Assembly (NCBI GenBank): GCA_964016885.1
Contig: OZ024743.1
Location: forward strand, 345,402,001 to 345,466,000
Direction of reading: 5' to 3'
DNA: 64,000 bases
Source: Eledone cirrhosa
Taxonomy: Eukaryota
Part shown: one piece after another, positions 52,353 through 64,000 of the stretch
Layout: every line of letters starts with the position of its first letter
How positions within the stretch are numbered: position 1 is the stretch's first letter
Translations under genes and position numbers: made by a program
Notes under the pieces: model-generated
Database searches by the model: none
Told to the model about the DNA's origin: nothing
The model's input: only the letters and a program-made list of their open reading frames with translations

Positions 52353-53450
52353 AACAAGCATATCTTGTCTGTTGTACCGGAGCTCACAATATTTCTCATG
52401 TACGGCAATTTCAAATTATGACTGATTTTTGGATTTGATGAAGAAAGTCCAATTGATTGACGAATGAGAATAACGTCTCATTAGATTACATTGGAATTAC
52501 AGGAGATATCTGAGTGCATTTACATCCAGAGTTTGCGAGAGACCCAGCGTGGCAAAGATTTTGACGAAGGTGGTTATTAGTCTACTAAATTGTATTCAGA
52601 ATGCCTGAATTACCATCATGCCATTGTAAAGTACATTTCCTACATGCAAATAATTCATTATGTAAAAATGTTCAGGGTCTTCGCGCTAGGAACGGCTATC
52701 CTTATAGTTATGTTTGGTCACATCTGATATAGGACTACAGAAAAGCTGTGTTGAGATGTAGTCCTCAAGCCGAAAATAGTAGGCACCTATTCGGATTGGC
52801 AGCCAGTCTCTTTCAATCACACACTACTATCGCAAATAAACAACGCAAAAAAGAACACATGAGCCTATATTAAATAAAAAGAGATAATATATATATATAT
52901 ATATATAGTGGAGTCGATTTCGCAAAAATTATCCAAAGTTGGCAGAGCGCCAACCAGTCAAAAACTCATAAACAGCAAAATGTGATGGGATTAAAACAAG
53001 CCATAAAAATAACAGCAAACAAACTGTAAACATCTGGACCACCATTGTGAAGAAAAATAAGCCCAAGCAGAACAAACCTTCCAAGGAAAAACAAAAAATA
53101 GACAGCTATATCCCATTTAAATTCAACGTTATTTCAACAATCAACACCTTACCTATCACGATAAAGACAAATGGTACTCCAACATAAAGAAGTGTCTTAC
53201 AGAGAAACAAGTAGACGGAATAATAATTAACGATATAAAACTGATATAAATACAAAGCAAACTTACATAGATCAAGCTAGCATTACCCAAACACCACGAG
53301 AAATACTTAAATCACACAATAGTAGAAAGATTTAAAGGATGTAGACTAGCTGTAATCAAACCTAGATAACCAATAATGGTACAAAAAATGTATAAGGACA
53401 CAATTGATCACAATATGTATATACAAAAAGAAGTTCAGAAGGGAGAAACC

Positions 53451-55745
53451 TTGTGAATTGCAACCTGGAACATGACAACCCTAACAGGTAAGGAGCAGGA
53501 ACTAGTGAAAGAGGCTAGATGCTATCGGCTAGATGTAGTCAGTGTTTCCTCAACAAAGTTCTATGGCTCTGATACTATAGAATTGGATGGAGGATGGAAA
53601 CTCCCTTCTTCGGTTGTGGCGCTGGAAATGAATGCGCAGGCGGAAATGGGGATTCTCACAAGTCCACAGCTGCCAAAATGTATTATGAACTGGATCCCAT
53701 TAGGAAAGAAGATTTGCTTCTTGAAGCTAAGGCTAAAAGATAGGTCCCTGTGTGAAGTGCAAATAGTCCGAATACAGATCCTTCCTTGATGAAATCACTG
53801 TTGCGTTAAATATAGTTAAGACGAAGTCATATATCCTGATGAGAGATTTCAATACACATGTTGCACCGGCACTTGACATCGAAAGTGGTGTTTGAAAGGA
53901 ACAGCGATCCCGATATGTATACAGATGGAGAGGCCTTAGACTTCTGTTCTAGCAATGAACTCTCTAGTATGAACACTTTTTTCCAACACAGAGAAATCAA
54001 TAAATATACATGGTATAAGGTGAATCAAGGACGGAGATCAATAATCGATTTTGTTATTGTCTCTGATCCCTTCGATTCTGTGCTTGATGTTCGTTTTAGA
54101 GAGAAGTTGGACTGTCAACTGACCACTATCTATTTATCTGGAGCTTGAGATAACCAAAGCCAAAGAAGCCCTCAACAATTGCAGGTCTATGGCGATCTAC
54201 AGGATAAATTGGGAAGCGTTGGGGGATAAAATAAAATCGAATCAAGTATTCAGATACTATTGCATCCAAATTCAGAGAATTCTTCGAACTAAGGACGTTG
54301 AGACAAAGTGGGGATTGTTCAGTTCAGCAGTTTCTGCTTCAGCTGTTAAAAGCTACGGGCGAAAAAGGCTTAGTGTGGCACCCGAGAGCACAAGGATCTC
54401 TTGGTTCAAGCAAAAGGTCAAATATGCCACCCGAGCAAAGACGCAGGACTACAAAGCTTGGCTTGGAAATAATTTCTCCTTCTTGCACTTGCAGAGCAAG
54501 AATGCACAAAGAATCGCAGTAGAAAAAATAAAGGTGTCCAAAGTTAAGACCTTGGGGTTAAGCTGGAATCCGACTTCAGATCAGCAAATAAAGTATTCTG
54601 GCAGACCATCCGTGGTAAGAAGTCATCAGCCTTACCTGCTAGCAGGAACGCGTCGGCAGCTCCCCTCTTTTCAGAGAGGTACATGCTCTCGAGATGGAGA
54701 GAATACTTTGCCGATCTCCTTCCCAAACCCGATCACAACAGCATCTTCCGATATACACGAAATGCATCTGGGAGCGATAAGTAATCTTTCGCAAGCTGGG
54801 GTCACAAGGGCAATTAAAGAGCTCCAATGTGGCATGGTCACTGGGAAAGATGAAGTCCAGCCCAAGATTTTAAAGCCTTAAAGATGGAAGGTAGTCGCTA
54901 GATGATTCGTATGTGCAAGGTGGCCTGGATCTCTGAAAAGGCACCTACATAATTGCAACCGGGAGTAAAAATCCCAATTTTCAAAAAGGGAGAGTTGTTC
55001 TAATAATAGAGGGACACCCTTGCTAAGCCCCATTCCCCAGTAAAGTCTATGCTAAGTGTCTGGCAAAGAGATGTATGGAGATTGGCAAGTCCAAGCTAGC
55101 TGATGAACAGTGTGGTTTTCACCCCGGACGCAGCACAGACGGCCAGATATTCATACAGCAGTAGGTCTTTAAGAAATTGTGGGAGTATTGCCAAGATGTA
55201 GAGCTCCAAAAGGCATATGACCTGCTGTGAAATGTTCTGCAAGAGTATGTGATCAATGGGCAGCTTCTTGTTGCCCTGACGTCTCTATACGAACCCTACT
55301 ATTTGTGTTCGGATAAATGGTGCTAAATCGAAACCATTCAATATTGGAGTCGGACTACGCCAAAGGTTCGTGCTGTCACCTCTCCTACTCATTATTTCCA
55401 TGAAGAGTATTGACATACATATTTGGGTTGGAAGTGGTATCATGACTGACAGGTGTGAAATCAGTCGGCTTGAATTTTCAGGCGAAATGGTGTTAATTAA
55501 CTCGACAGAAGGTGATCTCCGACTTGCACTTGATAGGTTTAATGCCAAGTGCTGCATGAATGGAATGAAACTCCGTGCTGCGAAAACTGATACACTCGTC
55601 CAATTAAGGAAGCCTTCAGAGTGCAATCTAAATGCGAGCCGAGTTCCACTGAAGCAGGTAGAGAAGTTTAAGTATCTCGGGGCCATGTTCACGAGTGATG
55701 GAATGTAGGAGGCTGCATTAAGTGCAAGAAGGAAGGTAGGTACAA
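53451..55745 (+). pseudogene. Decayed RTE-clade LINE (Expander/Rex3-like), APE + RT
   Basis: IATWNMTTLTGKEQELVKEARCYRLDVV, DFNTHV, MNTFFQHREINKYTW..RSIIDF, GKDEV, EQCGFHPGRST, KAYD, GVGLRQ..LSPLL, QVEKFKYLG. Many stops and frameshifts. Confidence 0.9.
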
Positions 55746-55923
55746 ACGCCAAACACTATCGGAGATCGGCCAATATTTCAATAGCTAGGTCTATCATCGA
55801 ATGTAGAAGATCGCCGCAAAAGGTGTCACTGTCTTTACTAATAAAGTTTTTTAAAATTAAAATAAGTATCCTTTTTAATATGAATTCGGACAATTTTGAC
55901 TGGTACTAAGCTAGTATAAATGA

Positions 55924-55998
<75 letters not shown>

Positions 55999-56286
55999 TA
56001 TATAGATAGATAAATAGATAGATAGATACGGATGTATGCTTGTGTAGTGCACGCGTGTGTCAGGGTATGTATATATACATATTTTTGATATTTCGTGTAA
56101 GTGCCTGTATGATTACCATTCCTCTGTTCTTTAATTAACACCTAATAATAACTAGATGTTAATTAACATTGTCATTCAGCTTAACAAGCTCTAGCGTAAT
56201 TATTATAACATAAGACAACGAACATTTTGAAATATTGATGTGTTTTGTATCTCATAAAGCAAATAAGAAATAATTGTATATATATA

Positions 56287-56371
<85 letters not shown>

Positions 56372-56412
56372 ATATATATATATGTGTGTATATATGTATA
56401 TATGTATTTATG

Positions 56413-56484
<72 letters not shown>

Positions 56485-56525
56485 AGAACGAACGTAAAAC
56501 CGATGATATATACACACACACACAC

Positions 56526-56569
<44 letters not shown>

Positions 56570-56775
56570 GTGTGTGTATGTATGTGTGTGTATGTGTGTG
56601 TGTATGTGTCTATATAAATACATATATGTGTTTGTGAGTGTGTGTATAATTACATGCTCACATAGGTTACACCCATGTTGTAATTAGATATATACATGTA
56701 AACAAAAATATAACTAATGGATAAACACTATCCAGCAACGACATCGATATTCTACTACTATCACTGCTACTGATA

Positions 56776-57395
56776 ATAATTGTATCTCTATTTGGCACAA
56801 GGCCGGAAATTTTCGTTGAGAAGAAAGTCGATTATAACGACCCCAGACCATGAGTGGTTCTTTAGTTTATCGACCCCGTAAGGATGAAAGACAAAGCTAA
56901 CCTCGGAGAGATTTGAACCCTGAACGTAAAGGGCCGTAAATCTATGCCACGAAGTATGGTTTCCGACGCTCTACCGATACTGCCAAACCAGGGCCCTTTT
57001 AACTATTGATAATAACAATAATTGTTTCTACTTTTGGCAGAAGGCCAGCAATTATCTCAGTGTATTACTGGTACTTTATTTTATCGACCCCGTAAGGATG
57101 AAAGGCAAAGTTAACCTCGGCGGGATTTGAACTCAGAATGACAAGAGCCGTAACTCTATGCGTCAAAGCATGGCGTCCGACCCTCTACCTATACTGGATT
57201 TCTTATAAAGGCACAAGGCCAGCAATTTTGGGGGAGGGGAAAATCGATTAAATCAACCCCAGTGTATTACTGGTTTTTTTATCGACCCCGTAAGGATGAA
57301 AAGCAATGCTAACCTTGGCGGGTTTGAACTGAGAACGTAAAGGGCTGTAACTCTATGTAGCGAAGCATGTCCAACGCTCTACCGATACTGCCAAT
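56776..57395 (-). mobile_element. Three tandem SINEs (long, short, long)
   Basis: 56776-56990, 57018-57195 and 57198-57395 match the family consensus. Confidence 0.88.
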
Positions 57396-57599
57396 GCCCT
57401 AGCAATCGTTTGTAGGTGAAGCGGGAAATTCCCTCAGATCAGACATTGATCTTAGAGGCTCAACGTATCGCGCAGGATTCTGGCAGTTCTAGTGATAATA
57501 GAAATTTGGGCAGTGCCTATGAAGTGGGGATTTACAAAATAAAAAATTACAGGAAAAAATTAACGATGATTTAATAACAATAAAATTCCTCAATAGGGT

Positions 57600-59149
57600 G
57601 AATAACGATGTTGGTGCAACTGTCATTGGTTTTCACTGTTGGTGTAGTTGGTGTAGGTTTTGGGTTGCTGGTGTTGGCAGCAAGAGGTTCCTTAAATGGC
57701 AACATAGCTCTTTGCTCTCCATAAGTACGTTTAGAGCCGCGTCATCCAGTAGGTGAATTAGGTCAAGGTTGTTTTATATCTTTCCGGTTTGATATATAGG
57801 AGGATCAAGAAAACATACCTTCAACCAGTGTTCTCTCCGGGTGCGCTTGACTTCCATGAGGGTTTCACAACGCACTCAGGCCAGGATCCACAAGGTATCC
57901 AATCGTGGCAGGATACCGGTAATCCTGATCCTTACAGTTCTTCTTCCTTAGTGTAATGAGTACAGAAGAAAAATTGGTCTGTCCGAACGGGGGAAACATG
58001 ATACTTGATGGGCAGAGCTTCGCACTTTCAGAGCATTGAAATAGGTGCGTATATCCTTCTCAAGCTATATGCTCTACATCGGCAATATTGTCTTTCAACA
58101 CTCTTTCGCACAGTTTGTGATTCCATATTTCTGTCTGTCTCGATTTGATTAGAGACATTTTTTCCTTCGCCGCCATCACCTCAGGTGGCTCGGCTTTTTA
58201 AGCCCTGTGTCTTGCCGCTTAGTTAATCTGGCCACTTCTGCCGAATGTTCTTCTTTTTTGTATGTCTTTGGTGAAAAGGTCAGCTAATTTTGATCCGTGG
58301 CTGCTTATGTACTGTCTGTTATTATTATTATTGTTGTTGCGGATTTAGTTGTTCATGTTGCTGCTTTTATTGTCATTATTCGGTGAATTGGCAGTATCGG
58401 TAGAGGGTCGGATGCCATGCTTTGAAGCATAGAGTTACCTCCCTTTATGATCTGAGTTCAAATCCCGCCGAGGTTAACTTTGCCTTTCATCCTTACGGGG
58501 TCGATAAACGTACTGGGTCGACTTTCCCCACCTTTAAAATTACTGGCCTTGTGCCTATTCTAGATATCATCATTATATATTGTGGATAGGCAGAATCGCT
58601 AGAGCGTCGGACATGCTTAGTGATATTACGGCCCTTTACGTTCTGATTCAAATCCCACCGATGTTAGTTTGCCTTTCATCATTATGGGGTCGATAAAATA
58701 AAGTACGAGAAAAAAACTGGGGATCGATTTATTCGAATTTCACCTCCCCCAAAATTGTTGGCCTTGTGTTTAATTCAGAAAACATTATTCTTAATGTTGT
58801 AGTTGTTGTTGTTGTTGTCGTCATTTTTTTGTTACTTTTCGTTTTGTTGTGTTTCTTGTTCCTGTCCTAGTGGCGTTGCTTGTGGTGGTGAGGCTGTTGT
58901 CTTTGTCGATGCTGATGGTGTTGTTCTTGTTGTTGCCGTTTCTGCTGTTGCTGCCACCGCTGCTATCGTTACTGCTGCTGCTGCTGCTACTGTCGCTGCT
59001 GCCACAGCCGCCGCTACCTCCACCACCACCACCACCACCATTACTACCGCTGCTGCGGCTGCTGTGGTCACAATTTTTTACAATTTCACTGTTTCATTGT
59101 TCAGAGATTTAGCTCTTTTGTCAACGGAGAAAAATTCTTCGTCCGCCAT
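57600..59149 (-). pseudogene. Old Tx1 ORF1 relic interrupted by SINEs
   Basis: GRRTVRIRITGILPRLDTLWILA*..EVKRTRREHW..ILLYIKPE..DLIHL aligns with ORF1 GKRTARLRIPRIPPGLDMWWLLG..EVTRTAREDW..ILLQIRPE..DHIHL. The 5' boundary (ATG at 59149, MADEEFFS, followed by a low-complexity stretch) is tentative. Confidence 0.7.
58381..58790 (+). mobile_element. Two SINEs
   Basis: 58381-58570 and a more diverged copy at 58587-58790. Confidence 0.8.
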
Positions 59150-59317
59150 CTTGGTGTTTTTTACAAAAATTGTCATATTTGTTTGCTAAACAAACCAAAG
59201 TTTGGCCCCCTAAGCCCGACAGATGGCGAAAAACTAAACAGATCTCAGAAGTCCTGGTTATTTTATCTTTAAAACGATAACAAATGTTCAATATATAACT
59301 TTGTGTAGCAATATAAA

Positions 59318-59699
59318 TAATTGTTTCTACTTTAGGCACAAGGCCAGCAATTTCCCATTGCATTACTGGTACTTTATTTTATCGACCCCGTAGGGATGAA
59401 AGGCAAAGTTAACCTCGGCGGGATTTGAACTCAGAATGGCAAGGGCCGTAACTCTATGCGTCAAAGCATGGCGTCCGACTATCTACCGATACTACCAATC
59501 CCCTGTGATAATATTAATTGTTTCTACTTTAGGCACAAGGCCAGCAATTACCCAGTGCATTACTGGTACTTTAATGTATCGACCCCGTATGGATGAAAGG
59601 CAAAGTTAACCTCGGCGTGATTTGAACTCAGAATGGAAAGGGCCGTAACCCTATGCGTCAAAGCATGGCGTCCGACCCTCTACCGATACTTCCAATCCA
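59318..59699 (-). mobile_element. Tandem short-form SINE pair
   Basis: 59318-59501 and 59515-59699, each followed by tgtgataatattaat. Confidence 0.9.
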
Positions 59700-59949
59700 C
59701 TGTGATAATATTAATGTTAATAATGAGTATATGAACAACAACGCCATAACCATCCACCCTCCCACCAACAACACCAGCAACAAAGACAAAGACAACAACA
59801 GGGATAACTCTAAAAAACTATAAAGTGGTGAAAGCAAAAAACATCGACAACGAGAAGAGAAATGTTAGTGTTTTATTTTTTAATAATTAGTTGTTTCTTC
59901 TAATTATATTTTCCGCTCGTGTTATCTATCTGATGGAAGAAACGAGAAC

Positions 59950-60665
<716 letters not shown>

Positions 60666-60735
60666 TGTGTGGTTTTGCATCTGTAAATATATATTCCGAA
60701 AGTGAACCGAAAAAATAGAAAGGAGCAACAACAAA

Positions 60736-60776
<41 letters not shown>

Positions 60777-61324
60777 CGCCCCCCCCCCACACACAGCAAC
60801 AAACACATTTACACACACTTACACACTAAAATTAAAGTAAGAAACAAACAAAACGACAACTCCAACAAAAACCAACAAACAAAAACCTCACAAAGAAGGA
60901 ATATATATTCAAAATAAATATATATATACAATACAAAAAGAAAATATATAGCAAAAACACACTAGAAGTGCATAACGTAGCATGTGTATAGCAAAGTGTG
61001 CTAAAAATGTATCGGTGTATGGTTTCTAATGTTTAAAGCTCATATCATAGTTACATCTTTGCGCACCTTTAATGAGTAGCACATTTTGTATTTATTAAGA
61101 AGTTGCAAACGTTAACCTTAATTTATCACAGCTGCTACCTAAGCTTGGCTGATTTTCAGAGAGACTGTCTTAATCAGTGATAGCGTATAAATGTTTCTGT
61201 TGTTGTTGTTGCCATGCATTTTTTTGTCTTCGTTTCCTTATATTTGTCGTTGTATTCTTTCTGTCATGTTTGTTTTTAATATTTTAAAGATGTTCTCTCA
61301 CTTTCTCTCAATTTCTCTCTCCCA

Positions 61325-61391
<67 letters not shown>

Positions 61392-61514
61392 GCTCTCTCT
61401 CTCTCTCCTTCTCTCTCTTGCACTCTCTCCCTCCCTCTCTTTATATTTATATATTTATGTATATATATATATGTGTGTGTGTGTGTGTGGGGGGGGGTGC
61501 ATATACACGCACGC

Positions 61515-61576
<62 letters not shown>

Positions 61577-61611
61577 GCATTTATATATATTTACACATAC
61601 ATAGATATAGG

Positions 61612-61701
<90 letters not shown>

Positions 61702-61887
61702 CATACATATGTGTGTATGTATATGAGTATGTATATATGCATGTATGGGTGGGTGGGTGCCTATTCCTTTCATCTCTACCGCTTGTCAATGTTTACCTTG
61801 CTTCTGTTCTTTTGTTTCTCTTGACTTATATTAATTATGTTTGTTGTTGTCATCGTTTTTTGTTAAAAATGTGAATATATTGATTGC

Positions 61888-61951
<64 letters not shown>

Positions 61952-62108
61952 TAACAATAACAACAACAACAATATCAATATAATGATCATGGTGAACATC
62001 ATGATGGTGATGATGAATAAGTTAAAATGAAAAGAATCTTTAAGTGTAGCAATCTACATATCTTTCTATCTATATTAATTACTTATTATTCTACTACTAC
62101 TACTACTG

Positions 62109-62175
<67 letters not shown>
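61888..62175. repeat. (AAT)n and (ACT)n trinucleotide tracts
   Basis: Directly visible at 61888-61975 and 62091-62175. Confidence 0.9.
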
Positions 62176-62544
62176 CTTCCTCCTCTTTCATTTTTCTTCC
62201 TCTCTCAGCTCTGTTTCTTCTTAACTTCTGATATCACCATTGCCATTCGTAGAACCATTACAACACCACCATCGTCACCTGCACCACCACCACCATCAAC
62301 ATAACAACCACCATTGTCATTGCCATCGTTATGAACATTAGCAGTTTAATTACCACTACTACCACTACTACTACTAGCCACCACGGCCAGCGTCATCATC
62401 ATCACCATCATCATCAACACCGTCATCATAATAATCATCATCTTCATCATCTTCACGGACATCTTCCTCATCATCATCATCAACATCACCACCAATAGCA
62501 GTAGCGTCATCATTATCATCTGCAGGAGTACCATTATTTTCGGT

Positions 62545-63630
62545 TGATTGGCAATGTCGGTAGAGGGTCGGAGCCATGCTTTTCAGCAAAGAGTTACGGT
62601 CCTTTATGGTCTGAGTTCAAATCCCGCCGAGATTAACTTTGCCTTTCCTCCTTACGGGGTCGATAAAATAAAGTACCAGTAATACACTAGGATAATTGCT
62701 GGCCTTGTGCCAAAAGTAGAAACAAATATTTTCCTCATCATCATTTACCTAAATTTACCTACACACATCGGTATTACCTACCCGAAAGTCAAACCAACAA
62801 AAATAATATTAAAATCTACTTTCCCTTCAGCACTCTCATCTACATAATTTTCAACATAGCGTTTCTACCTGCACCCGTATCTCCTACCTTTAAAACCCAT
62901 TCAGCTACCACAATTATCATCATCACCACTAACTCAATAAATATCGCCACGACTTCTATCAAACTAATACCACATCCAACACTTCCTCACTACCCCCAAG
63001 AAACATTCCGGTACATCATCATTATAACCCATTATGCCTTTCCCTGGATTGGCAGTATCAGTAGAGGGTCGGACGCCATGCTTTGACGCATAGAGTTACG
63101 GCCCTTGCCATTCGGAGTTCAAATCCCGCCGATGTTAACTTTGCCTTTCATCCTTACGGGGTCGATAAAGTAAAGTACCAGTAATGAACTGTAATTGCTG
63201 GCCTTGTGCCAAAAGTAGAAACGATTATGTCTTTCCCACATATACCCGTTTTTCGCACCTATAAACACATACACAACTATCACAACAACTATTTACAAGA
63301 ACCACCACAACCACCATCACAGTACCTCCACTAACAACACATTCTCATTATCATTAACATACCTAGCCCCTACCCTATATGCATCCATATTTCTCACCCA
63401 TAAACACACACTAATATATTACCAATGGCAGTATCGGTAGAGGGTCGGACGCCATGATTTGCAGCATAGAGTTACGGCCCTTTATGATCTGAGTTCAAAT
63501 CCCGCCGAGGTTAACTTTGCCTTTCATCCTTACGGGTCGATAAAATAAAATACCAGTCACGCATTGGGGTAGATTTAATCGACTTTCCCCTCCCCCAAAA
63601 TTGCTGGTCTTATGCCTATATATAAGAAAT
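62545..63630 (+). mobile_element. Three SINE copies (62545-62728, 63046-63227, 63426-63630)
   Basis: A and B boxes and Nin/Deu-like body; two short-form and one long-form. Confidence 0.88.
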
Positions 63631-64000
63631 CCATATATTATCAATGCAAACACCATTACGCTGCAGCTAACACCATCACTAATAGCACCACAACTGTCCG
63701 ACCATCACGCGTATACCATTACTAAATCAACACTATTACCATACTAACACAATCGCCATAGCAACCCGAGAACTACCTCGATCAGTACTACCATCCGCCA
63801 TCTTTACCACCACCATCGCCACCATAACCAACACCACCATAACCAGCACCACCATACCCCCTCCCCACGACCACCATCCCAACGACAGCCCTCATCGACA
63901 ATAGCAGTACCACACCTTCACCACCTGCAATATCTAACCCTTGCAACAACACCACCATAACCACCACCAGCACTATCGTAAACACCACCACCCTCACCAC

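Noticed and set aside
62346-62589. Asp-rich or Met-rich ORFs
   Set aside because: They derive from degenerate (CAT)n repeats and run into a SINE.
63788-64000. Gly/Tyr-rich ORF (GYGGAGYGGVGYGG) reminiscent of cephalopod structural proteins
   Set aside because: It is short, embedded in a long degenerate (ACC)n low-complexity tract and cut by the window edge. It cannot be supported without the adjacent sequence or transcripts.

Overview
This is AT-rich, microsatellite-saturated animal DNA. The repeat content suggests an octopus or other coleoid cephalopod (inference). I see no convincing host protein-coding gene; most ORFs in the track are translations of (TA)n, (CA)n or (GA)n. The identifiable content is retroelements. 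There is a near-full-length L1-Tx1 LINE (minus, ~6213-11627), joined head-to-head to a 5'-truncated R4/Dong LINE, which in turn meets a second Tx1 3' fragment tail-to-tail. There is also a Penelope-like (Naiad-like) RT + GIY-YIG element folded back on itself (18328-21653), a decayed Expander/Rex3-like RTE, several older Penelope, RTE and Tx1 relics, more than 20 copies of a tRNA-derived Nin/Deu-type SINE, and a piggyBac-type MITE. The most striking unexplained structure is a set of short non-coding families inserted at (TA)n tracts. They carry hammerhead ribozyme motifs and form DNA palindromes. At 38904-39015 a near-canonical hammerhead (non-canonical U10.1/U11.1) lies on each strand. Their asymmetric fold-back layout matches the large Penelope-like element, which suggests a family of non-autonomous, ribozyme-bearing Penelope partners. 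All assignments come from reading motifs by eye; no database search or folding program was run.
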